DNA from: Octopus sinensis
Taxonomy: Eukaryota
Assembly: GCF_006345805.1 (NCBI RefSeq)
Contig: NW_021824466.1
Location: forward strand, 1-18,653
Direction of reading: 5' to 3'
DNA length: 18,653 nucleotides
Shown here: piece by piece, positions 7,998-18,399 of the stretch
Layout: every line of letters starts with the position of its first letter
Position numbering within the stretch: the first letter of the stretch is position 1
Notes under the pieces: generated by a model
What the model was told of the DNA's origin: nothing
Seen by the model: only the letters and a program-made list of their open reading frames with translations
The model's database searches: none
Made by a program: the position numbers and the translations under genes

Positions 7998-8384
7998 GGA
8001 GGAAGCACTCCGTCAGTTACGACGACGAGGGTTCCGGTTGATCCGAATCAACGGAACAGCCTGCTCGTGAAATTAACGTGTAAGTGGCTGAGCACTCCAC
8101 AGACACGTGTACCCTTAACGTAGTTCTCGGGGATATTCAGCATGACACAGAGAGTGACAAGGCCGGCCCTTTGAAATACAGGTACAACAGAAACAGGAAG
8201 TAAGAGTGAGAGAAAGTTGTGGTGAAAGAGTACAGCAGGGATCACCACCATCCCCTGCCGGAGCCTCGTGGAGCTTTAGGTGTTTTCGCTCAATAAACAC
8301 TCACAACGCCCGGTCTGGGAATCGAAACCGCGATCCTACGACCGCGAGTCCGCTGCCCTAACCACTGGGCCATTGCGCCTCCAC
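7998..8384 (-). mobile_element. Full-length family B SINE with 11-bp TSD
   Basis: Reverse complement of 3311-3701; GTTCTAAGAGA at 7987-7997 and 8385-8395. Confidence 0.92.
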
Positions 8385-8715
8385 GTTCTAAGAGAACATC
8401 TACGTTTATAGTGATATCAATATTACCTTCGTACTAATGCTGCCTCTGTCATTAAAAAAACATTTTTTGAAAGATGTCGGTTAAACAAGGTACGGAACTC
8501 TTGTTGAATTTTTTGCGGTTTTAATAATTGTATGAAGGGTTATCTCCCTTGCATTTTATTTCAGCTCTAAACTTGTATAGCCAAGAACTGATGGAAACGC
8601 GAGTACTTTGTTTCGTGTGTGCGTACGTGCGCGCGTGTGTGTGTATGCATGTGTGTGTGTGTGGTTTAGATGTAACATATTTTCATTAAGGCGGAAAGCT
8701 AGTCAGAACCGTTGT

Positions 8716-9420
8716 TATTCATCCATCTATCTCTCTATCCGCTCAGTCGAAGTCGACTCTCGGTCACTCGTTGGATCAGCGTCCTCCAGTCAGTTCTATC
8801 CTGGGCCACTTCTTTCAGATTGGCTATGGCTATTCCCGTGTCACTCTTGATGGTGTCAAGCCAGCAGGTTCTTGGTCGGCCTCTTCCTCTCTTGCCACTG
8901 ACCATTCCAAGCATGATGTCCTTCTCCAGGGATTTTCTCCGCATAATATGACCGAAATATGCCAATCTATGCTTGGTGATCCTAGCTTCTAGCGACAGTT
9001 TCAGCTTGATCTGGTTAAGAACTTCTCCATTGGTCAGCCTCTTCCTCTCTTGCCATTGACCATTCCGAGCATGATGTCCTTCTCCAGGGATTTTCTCCGC
9101 ATAATATGACCGAAATATGCCAATCTATGCTTGGTGATCCTAGCTTCTAGCGATATTTTCGGCCTGATCTGCTTAAGAACTTCTCCATTGGTCGGCCTCT
9201 TCCTCTCTTGCCATTGACCATTCCGAGCATGATGTCCTTCTCCAGGGATTTTCTCCGCATAATATGACCGAAATATGCCAATCTATGCTTGGTGATCCTA
9301 GCTTCTAGCGACAGTTTCAGCTTGATCTGGTTAAGAACTTCTCCATTGGTGAGCCTCGCTGTCCATGGAATCCGCAAAAGTCTTCTCCAACACCAAAGCT
9401 CGAATGAATTAATTCTCCAT
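8716..9420 (-). mobile_element. RTE-clade (BovB-like) LINE, 5'-truncated 3' fragment
   Basis: RINSFELWCWRRLLRIPWTAR..LAYFGHIMRRKSLEKDIMLGMVSGKRGRGRPRTCWLDTIK..AQDR..WR..VTESRLRLSG* is the characteristic RTE ORF C-terminus; stop at 8735-8737, then a short ATAG/ATGG-like tail. Confidence 0.92.
8872..9345. repeat. Three tandem 158-bp units inside the RTE fragment
   Basis: TTGGT starts at 8872, 9030, 9188 and 9346. Confidence 0.95.
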
Positions 9421-9573
9421 GCCGGACAGGTTTTGCAGCTCTCCACCACATATTTAAATCTCGGACCTATAGTTAGATGTATAACTGCCACTGCGGTATT
9501 CGATCTTTCGGTAAAAGAACAGGCAGCAGGATCAGTTAATTATGATTCTATCCAACATATTCCCATAAGCACA

Positions 9574-9973
9574 GAAGTGGTTGTGTGGTAAGTAGCTTGC
9601 TTACCAACCATATGGTTCCAGGTTCAGTCCCACTGCGTGAAACCTTGGGCAAGTGTCTTCTATTATAGCCTCGGGCCGACCAAAGCCTTGTGAGTGAATT
9701 TGGTAGACGGAAACTGAAAGAAGCCTGTCGTATATATGTATATATATATTGTGTGTATGTTTGTGTGTCCTTGTGTTTGGCCCCCCTAGCATTGCTTGAC
9801 AACCGATGCTGGGTGTTTACGTCCCCGTCACTTAGCGGTTCGGCAAAAGAGACCGATAGAATAAGTACTAGGCTTACAAAGAATAAATCCCGGAGTCGAT
9901 TTGCTTGACTAAAGGCGGTGCCCTAGCATGGCCGCAGTGAAATGACTGAAACAAGTAAAAGAGAGTAAAAGAG
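9574..9973 (+). mobile_element. Family A SINE, near full length
   Basis: B-box-like GGTTCAGTCCC, internal microsatellite, AGTAAAAGAG tail; aligns with 1-412. Confidence 0.88.
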
Positions 9974-10159
9974 TATATATATATATTTAAGTGTGTGTGT
10001 GTGTGTCTTTGTGGCTGTGTTTTTCCCCACCACTGCTTAAAAACCGGTGTTAGTGTGATTATGACCCCGTCTCTTAGCAGTGTCCTGGGGTCGATTCAAA
10101 GCGTTTCCCCTTCACGGTGGGGGTGAAATGATTGATACATGTAAAAGACAGGAGTAAAA

Positions 10160-10318
10160 CCCCGTCACTTAGCGGTTCGGCAAAAGAGACCGATAGAATA
10201 AGTACTAGGCTTACAAAGAATAAATCTCGGGGTCGATTTGCACGACTAAAGGCGGTGCCCTAGCATGGCCGCAGTCAAATGACTGAAACAAGTAAAAGAG
10301 TAAAAAGAGTAAAGGAGT
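10160..10318 (+). mobile_element. Family A SINE 3' fragment (a shorter internally deleted piece also at ~10001-10100)
   Basis: Aligns with ~9822-9973. Confidence 0.85.
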
Positions 10319-10617
10319 ATTTCCCCTTTCAGATTCACACAAATACTGCAGCTGCCCTTCAGTTTTTCTAAGCCTTGTAAAAGAACTTAGAAGGTGGGGA
10401 CCTACAACCAGATACCCTTTCACGATACCCTTAAAGCCGGGAACTTTTCAGCAACCCTTCATAATACGATAAAGTATTGCCCTGATTATCTGTTCTGGAT
10501 CAGCGTCCGACTGCATTTGGAATATCTAGTGCAGTGTTTGCGAAGAACAATGGAGAAACGAACGGAGAGAACAAATTATATAAACTTGTTTGTCAAAATT
10601 TCACAGACAACTACTAG

Positions 10618-10703
<86 letters not shown>

Positions 10704-10715
10704 ATCTATCTATCC

Positions 10716-10770
<55 letters not shown>

Positions 10771-10776
10771 CATCTA
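10618..10776. repeat. (TCTA)n [GATA-type] microsatellite, left flank of the LINE
   Basis: Directly visible. Confidence 0.97.
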
Positions 10777-10974
10777 CGGAGGTGCTGTCACTTCGGCTCC
10801 GAAGGTAATCGTTTATTTTGACTATTTATAGCCCATATTTTGTGTACATTTTTGTAAATCGGGTGTGTAAGGCACCCAACTTTCGTTTGAGTGCTTTTCC
10901 AAGGGAGGAATTCGCCCCTAGGGACAGTTTCAACCCTATTTAATTTGTGTAATTTTCTTCTCGACATTTTGAAA

Positions 10975-13187
10975 ATGTCGAGAAATTGTATTGTAGAACG
11001 CTGGTCGCGTTCCTTTATCGACCAACATTTTCCTAGTCTGGAAACGCTAGGAGAAGAAAAAAAGAACTTATGCACGCAAAGTGCAAACCTAAATGACGTG
11101 GAAGTGAACGCTGCAACCACTTGCGGTAACAGCCCTGTCACCACCACCACCACCACTAACAAAAACAACAACGAGACTACTACTGCTACCACCACCGCCT
11201 CCACCACCACCGCCACCACCGCCACCTCATCCACTACCTCAACTACCAACAACAACAACAATAACAATGACAACAAGAATAACAACAATTGCGCCACCAT
11301 TTCTACATCTGCTGCCACGGCTGTCTCTTCTGCCCCTGACACCACCGCCAACACCAACAACAACAACAATTCCGTTCAGACCTTGTTTCCTCCAACACCA
11401 AGAACTGAAGGAAATAAACAAAAGACTGTGACCACCAAACAAATTGACAAAAGCTGCTCGAACGCAGGAACAAACTATGCAAATAATTTTCCACCCCTTC
11501 CTACTTGCACAATCAAACCAAATACACCGATTTCACCAACTGCAGCCAACAACAACATCACCACCAGCGACAACAATAACAAAACAACAACAAATTTCGC
11601 CGAGGCGATAAAAGAAAAAAAGACAACAGTATATTTTACTGCACAGCAGATAAAAGATACGAAAGTTTTAATAACGGAAGTAGATGGTATAGTAAAAATA
11701 AACATACCACAAGAAATATTAGAAAATGAAAAAAAAAGAACTATTATATATAAAATAATTAATAAGAAAACAAAAAGTCCAGAGAAGGCTAACACAAGCA
11801 AAATCGAAAAATGCTTGAAACCCATCTGGAACTTCAAAGAGTATGTGACCTGGTGGAACAAGTTCGCGCACATACAAGTGGTCTTCCACACTGAAGAGTT
11901 AGCAAAACGTTTCTCAACGCTAACTCTTCATTCAGATGAACTGACATTAATACCAAGCTATCGTGGACAGAAAGTGACTAAGATCACTTTAAACAATGTC
12001 CCAAAAATAGCGAACAATCTATGGCTAGCAAAGGCCTTATGTGTGAAAATGGAAGATTTCACAATTTTAGAAACTACGGTCACGGAACACAAAAACTGGG
12101 TGGGAAAAAGAGTAGAATTTCTACTACACATAAACCAAGATGATATCAAGAAAATACCCACCCAGATATGTGTATCAGAAGACCACAACTTGTATATGGT
12201 CGTCGATGGCAGAAGACCACGTTGCTACATATGCGGCAGTGAGCAACATCTAAAAAAAGATTGCAAATCTGCCGCAAGAAAACAACAGCAACAACAACAG
12301 CAGCCGGAAAAAACAAAAAAGCCAGCTTTACTACCCACACCACAATTTGTACAAACAGGACTAATCACAGAAAATCAACAAAAAACAAACCTACCCAACC
12401 AAACAACACCACCAACTGCACCAAGAACAGAAACAACACCAACAACAACAACCAAGAATAAACCAACTCCCAAACCAAGGACATCTGCCAAAAAGACACT
12501 CATCGAAAATGAAGAAACAATTACTACTCCAAATCCCCACAAAATTGTCACCCCAAACAACACAACAATACCTACAATCACTCAAACACAAAATACCCAC
12601 ACCCCACCTCCAAAACCGCATACACCACAACCTAACGCTCACCAACCAACACCAACAACAAAATCAACACAGTCTACAATAGACCCCAATATTTTCCCTC
12701 TTCCAAGCTCTGATTCTTCTGATTTGTCATTAGACGAAAAAGACACAGAAGATTGGCAAATAGCCACAGGGGGAGAAGAAAAAGGGGAAAACAAAGAAAA
12801 GAAAAGATAACAAACAAAGCAGGAAGATTCACCACTCCCGAAACAAAAACATCCACAGAAAACGAACACATCAACACAAACACACCATCATCAAACCCTC
12901 CAACAATGTTGACAGCCATAAACACAAACAACCACGACCTAATGGAACACATTAGGTCAAACACCAACATAACTGAAAACGACATAAAAACAAGTAACCA
13001 CCCACGCACAACACCACCACAACACATTAAAATAATACACGTAACACAGAACACATACAGCACCCTGAAATCTCTTTACCCTGATGCAGTAGGGAGATTT
13101 CAAAAATATTTATCAAAGAAACTATATAAAAACCTCATGGAAGAAGACTGTGAGGTGAAAAACAAAGGACTTTCGGACAACAAGTAA
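10975..13187 (+). pseudogene. LINE ORF1 (low-complexity N-terminus, probable RRM-like region, CCHC zinc knuckle), one frameshift
   Basis: First ATG at 10975; CYICGSEQHLKKDC (CX2CX4HX4C) at 12223-12264; frame stops at 12810, but adding one G in the G5 run at 12769-12773 gives WQIATGGRRKRGK.. running to TAA at 13187. Confidence 0.8.
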
Positions 13188-13253
13188 CGTTTTCTCTCTC
13201 TCTTTCCTTTTTTGCACTTTCTTTTCGTGTGTAAAACAATTTTTTATCGGAAC

Positions 13254-14804
13254 ATGCTCAGAATAGGCAGTATAAATGTACGTGGCTTGGGGTCGCCTTG
13301 GAAACAAGGCTACCTGTTAAATGATATCAAGTCACTAAATCTGAATATCATAGCCATCAGTGAGACCAGACTCCACAGCTCGCGGGCACTCTAGCACATG
13401 TTCGGTACACATTTCAACATTTATTTTTCTCCGTGTCTACCGAGAATGGGCGGAGGTGGCACCGCGGTGCTTCTCCGGAAGAGTCTGGATCTCAAAGTAA
13501 GAGCAATTTTCCTAGACCCGGAGGGTAGGCTAGTCGTTTTGGATGTCTATGGGAGCAATGAGTGTGCTTTTCGACTGATAACAGTTTATGCTCCGTCCTT
13601 AACAGGCCGACCAGATTTCTTTCGACGTCTAGAGTCTTTCATGGGAATGTCTCGTCCTTTACTTTTAGTGGGGGATTGGAATGCCACCCTGGACACGCAT
13701 CTAGACTACGTGGGCAGAGATAGCAATAGAAGGGGATGCAAATGCCTCAAAGACCTGCTCAGACGTTTCCAACTGTCTGACAGGTACCGACTGGACCACC
13801 CGAATGTGCCAATGTGGACATGGAGTAACCGCATCGGGTCGTCCAGATCATACTTAGATAGAGTATTCTGTAGGACAATAGATAAAAATAGTGTAGGTTG
13901 TCCACAATTTCATATAGTCAGTTACACAGATCACAAGTTTGTGACTTGTACACTTGACTTAGATAAGACACATAGGCAGGGTCCTGGTTACTGGAAACTG
14001 AATGCGTCTTTTACAGCACGACAGGTTTACAGGGACTGGATCAGCACATTAGTTAAGAGAGCTTTGACGGGTACCATCATCAACAACAGATGGTGGTATG
14101 CCCTAAAAAAAGCAATTAAAGCAGAATCAGTCAGATACAGTAAAGCCCTAGCATTAGACCGAAATAGAATAGAGGGAGAATTAGTTAAGGTTTTAGAAGA
14201 GGCACTTAGAACTGGCATCGCGTCCAACGTGCTGGCGGCGAGATTGGCCCTCGACCAACACCTCAACGCCAAACACGAGGGATGGTCGCCTTTTGTGCGG
14301 CGCGCTTTCCCGCAGCTCGTCTCCTTGGACGAACTACAGTCATGGATCAAGCAGAGACCGAGGCTAGGCGAATGGCACCGCGAGTGTCGCTCTGCTCTCA
14401 AGCAACTCTGCCGTCCGGGATCGAACTTGTGCGACTCCATCACAACAAAGGCATTCTATAGAGGATTAGTGGAGGGGAGGTGCGACGACGAACTCGGGCA
14501 GAGTCTGGGCGTCGACGAGGAACACCTGACCCGCCTGTTCAGGACAACTTTCGGGCCGGGACCTATGAACAATCACCAAAGATCCCTGGCCTGGCAGTGC
14601 TATCGAGAAGCATTACCTGTTCGGGATAAGCTCTGCAGACACGGTTCCAGACACACTGGACCGACTTGCCCGAGATGCGGTCAGAGCGACGAAACCGTTC
14701 TGCACGCACTCGTGCAATGTCCAACCATTTCAGACCTGTGGGCTTATGCCGAACGGCTGCTGTCACGTGTGGGACGAATCCGCCTATCGGCCGAGTCTAT
14801 CGTG
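13254..14804 (+). pseudogene. LINE ORF2 derivative: APE endonuclease fused to C-terminal zinc-finger region
   Basis: GSINVRGL, ISETR, VYAP, GDWNA, YLDRV, TDHKF are APE motifs; GPGYWKLN linker; [18 protein letters not shown] at 14667-14720; one in-frame TAG at 13392-13394; no YADD/YxDD or other RT motif. Confidence 0.88.
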
Positions 14805-14822
14805 TGTCTAGTAAAAGAAAGT

Positions 14823-14866
14823 TATCTATCTATCTATCTGTTTGTCTGTCTGTCTCTCTGTCTCTG

Positions 14867-14931
<65 letters not shown>

Positions 14932-14995
14932 GTCTGTCTGTCTATCTATCTATCTATATCTGTCTGTCTGTCTGTCTGTCTATCTAATTCTATCT

Positions 14996-15056
<61 letters not shown>

Positions 15057-15057
15057 C

Positions 15058-15108
<51 letters not shown>

Positions 15109-15109
15109 C

Positions 15110-15174
<65 letters not shown>

Positions 15175-15235
15175 ACTATCTATCTATCTGTCTATCAATC
15201 TATCTATCTATCTACCTATCTATCTATCTATCTAC

Positions 15236-15297
<62 letters not shown>

Positions 15298-15410
15298 GTC
15301 TGTCTGCCTGCCTGTCTGCCTGTCTTCCCATTTATACATCCTCCCCGCCATCTACCTACCCATCTACCTACCTACCTACCTACATACCTACCGACCCATC
15401 TACCTATTTA
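14823..15410. repeat. Long (TCTA)n array grading into TCTG/CCTG/CCTA variants
   Basis: Directly visible. Confidence 0.95.
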
Positions 15411-15477
15411 TCACCTCTCAACTTATTAATCAATTTATCATTGTCAATAAAGTCGATTTAATAATGTACACTCCACT

Positions 15478-15499
15478 CCCCCCCCCCCCCCCCCCCCCC
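15478..15499. repeat. C22 homopolymer
   Basis: Directly visible. Confidence 0.9.
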
Positions 15500-15679
15500 A
15501 CTTAACTCCGCCGCAAAACTTCCCTCATAATTCGATATTACATTTCCGATCTATTCTTCTTGAAATTGTGACATCATAATCACCATGGTTATCAGGTTAT
15601 TTTCGTTAGATCGATCGCCATGATTATCGTGATGACGTCACATTCCAAGTTCATTTAATTTAATGGAATTACCTTGTAT

Positions 15680-16399
15680 ACACCTCCACCACCACCACCA
15701 CCACCACCACTACCACTACCATTGCTAACACCACTACCAACGCCAGCACCAACACCACTACCACCATCACGAGCGCCACCACCACCTCTACCACCACCAC
15801 TGCAAACAGTACCATCACTACCACCACTACCACTGCCAACATCACCACCATCACCAACACCTCCACCATCGCCACCATCGCTAACTCCACCACCACTACC
15901 GCCACCGCCACCACCACCACCACCATCACCAGCATCCCCAATACCAACACCACTACCAAAGCCACCACCACCACCACCACCTCTACCACTACCACTGCCA
16001 ACATCACCACCATCACCAACACCTCCACCATCACCACCATCGCTAACTCCACCACCACTACCGCCACCGCCACCACCACCACCACCACCACCACCACCAT
16101 CACCAGCATCCCCAATACCAACACCACTACCAAAGCCACCACCACCACCTCTACCACTACCACTGCCAACATTACCACCACCACCTCCACCACCACCGCC
16201 GACAACACCCCCACAAACACCACCACCACCATCGCTAACACCAACACTATCGCCAACACCAACACCTACTACCACCACCACCATCACTACCAGCACCAGC
16301 ACCACCAGCACCACCACAACCACCACTACCACCACCACCACCACTACCACCACCACCACCACCACAACCACCACCACCGCCACCGCCTCCATTGCTGAC
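15680..16399. repeat. Degenerate (CCA)n minisatellite with ~160-bp higher-order period, copy 1
   Basis: Translates as Pro-rich (+) or Gly-rich (-); unit LPLPTSPPSPT..SPASPIPTPLPK repeats about twice. Confidence 0.9.
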
Positions 16400-16407
16400 A
16401 CAACCAC

Positions 16408-16630
16408 ATGTGTGTGTGTGTGTGTTTGTCCCCCTAGCATTGCTTGACAACCGATGCTGGTGTGTTTACGTCCCCGTTACTTAGCGGTTCGGCAAAAGAG
16501 ACCGATAGAATAAGTACTGAGCTTACAAAAGAATAAGTCCCGGGGTCGATTTGCTCGACTAAAGGCGGTGCTCCAGCATGGCCGCAGTCAAATGACTGAA
16601 ACGAGTAAAAGAGTAAAAGAGTAAAAAGAG
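16408..16630 (+). mobile_element. Family A SINE 3' half
   Basis: Aligns with ~190-412; (AGTAAAAG)n tail. Confidence 0.88.
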
Positions 16631-16634
16631 TATA

Positions 16635-17548
16635 TATTAAGGTTGGCAAGAAAGTAATTTCGTTTTTTTCTTGTGAAATAAAAGTCATTTTTTTTCTCAT
16701 ACATAAAAAAATGAATTTTAATTAATTAATTTTATTTCTTTTTCATTTAGTTCAATGACCTTTGGCCATCTTTCTGGCAACTTCAGGATTCCATGCTTAT
16801 AGAACTTCCGGTCCTTATCAGCCAAAAACAAGCAAGTGGGATTTCAGGTCATCAGCATTATTTAAAGTTTTACCATTCAAAGAATTTTGCAAACTTCCAA
16901 ATGAATGGAAATCTGATGGTGCAAAGTCAGGACTATATGATGGTTGTGACATCACTTCCTAACCAGGCTCCAATAATTTTTTATGAGTTAGCAAAGACAT
17001 GTGTGGTCTAGCGTTGTCATGGTGGAATATGATTCTTTTACGATTTGCCAATTCTGGCTCTTTTTCTTTCATTGATTGCTTCCTCTAGTTTCATTAGTTG
17101 TTGACAGTAAACATCTGAATTGATCGTTTGGTTCCTTGGAAGCAGCTCAAAATACACAACACCTTTGTAATCCCACCAAACTGACAACACGACCTTTTTT
17201 TATGCAATTCAGCTTTCGATGTTGTTTGTGTTGGTTCATTATGCTTGGACTGCGATCGTTTTCGATTGATGCTATTGTAGACAATCCATTTTTCCTCACC
17301 AGTGATGACTCCTTTCAAAAACGGTCGATTTCATTGCGTTTGAGATACATATTACAAATACTGATTCTTTGTGTTAAGTGAATCTCCTTCCATTCATATG
17401 GAATCCAAATATCGAGCTTCTTAACGAGTCCAAGACATCTCAAGTGATTTTCAGTTTTTTAGTGTGATACTACATTTAACCACTCTGCAATCTCTCGAAC
17501 AGTTGTATGACAATCAGATTCAATTATGGCTTTGATTCGGAAATCATC
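16635..17548 (-). mobile_element. Decayed mariner (DD34D) transposon, 5'-truncated, one TIR
   Basis: TIR-like TA-TTAAGGTTGGCAAGAAAGTAATT at ~16635; minus-strand motifs WIPYEW (WVPHEL), ITGEEKWIVYN (TGDEKW), FHHDNARPH (~17001-17027), YSPDFAPSDF (~16909-16938); frameshifts and stops. Confidence 0.92.
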
Positions 17549-17550
17549 AA

Positions 17551-17647
17551 TTAGCACACCGGGCGAAATGCTTTGCGGTACTTCGTCTGCCGTTACGTTG
17601 TGAGTTCAAATTCCGCCGAGGTCGACTTTGCCTTTCATCCTTTCATC
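17551..17647 (+). mobile_element. Family C SINE 5' half
   Basis: Aligns with 1476-1570. Confidence 0.85.
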
Positions 17648-17743
17648 CGCAAAGTATAGCGAAAATGTTTGTGTTTGCACTCCATGTTAAAATTGACACT
17701 GAACTAACAGCTGGAAACAAAATTATACACCATTTGCTTCTAA

Positions 17744-18106
17744 AGTACCATCACTACCACCACTACCACTGCCAACATCACCACCATCACCTCCACCATC
17801 ACCAACACCTCCACCATCACCACCATCGCTAACTCCACCACCACTAACGCCACCGCCACCACCACCACCACCACCACCACCACCACCATCACCAGCATCC
17901 CCAATACCAATACCACTACCAAAGCCACCACCACCACCTCTACCACTACCACTGCCAACATTACCACCACCACCTCCACCACCACCGCCGACAACACCCT
18001 CACAAACACCACCACCACCATCGCTAACACCAACACTATCGCCAACACCAACACCACCACCACCACCACCACCGCCACCGCCACCGCCACAGCCTCCATT
18101 GCTGAC
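17744..18106. repeat. Degenerate (CCA)n minisatellite, copy 2
   Basis: Near-identical to parts of 15808-16399, sharing the start AGTACCATCACTACC and the end GCCTCCATTGCTGAC. Confidence 0.9.
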
Positions 18107-18399
18107 CGCAGTAACGTCTATCAAATATCACAAGGAAAACTCATGACACAGAGCGCTCCTGGTAACATGTAACCAAGTACGATCTGTTGTATCGTCGGGT
18201 CGTCAGCGACTAAACTGGCAACCTCACCGAACTTGCTTGGTGAGAGGGGTGCTTGTTGGACACACCCTGCGGGACTAAAAGTAGGACCCCTCAAAAGGTG
18301 GAGGAACTCCTGAGAACACCACGATCTTTCAACAAAACTGCCGTGGGGGTCGAAGGGATATATATATTATATATATATATATATATTGTGCCCCGCTGC

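Larger units (their letters stand above)
10777..14822 (+). mobile_element. L1/Tx1-like non-LTR retrotransposon, internally deleted (no RT domain)
   Basis: 5' UTR, ORF1 with CCHC, ~66-nt pyrimidine-rich spacer, ORF2 with APE endonuclease and C-terminal CX2CX8HX4C but no RT motifs. Boundaries taken as the microsatellite edges. Confidence 0.85.

Noticed and set aside
2531-9345. CRISPR-like appearance of the 178-bp and 158-bp arrays
   Set aside because: No unique spacers; units derive from SINE and RTE sequence in eukaryotic DNA.
10333-10393. Possible exon (TTTCCCCTTTCAG| .. AAG|GTGGGG)
   Set aside because: Only one frame is open, the peptide is unrecognised, and its phase is incompatible with the 6980-7090 candidate.
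10490-10545. VRLHLEYLVQC resembling the CR1/L2 RPHLEY motif
   Set aside because: Short match with no flanking homology.
12766-12810. Programmed -1 frameshift in ORF1
   Set aside because: No X XXY YYZ heptamer in the ORF1 frame; a homopolymer indel is simpler.
10788-13063. Hydrophobic minus-strand ORFs resembling membrane proteins
   Set aside because: Antisense shadows of the A/C-rich ORF1.
14477-14491. RCDD as a possible RT active site
   Set aside because: Not YxDD, has none of the surrounding RT motifs, and lies in the C-terminal region.
10590-15429. YLSI-repeat ORFs (10394-10831, 10590-10808, 14666-15175, 14842-15429)
   Set aside because: Translations of (TCTA)n arrays.
15478-15499. G22 (minus strand) as a functional G-quadruplex
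   Set aside because: Isolated homopolymer with no functional context; length may be unreliable.
18130-18350. GC-richer structured segment, possible LINE 5' UTR with an HDV-like ribozyme
   Set aside because: Local hairpins exist, but I could not build the nested double pseudoknot; left unclassified.
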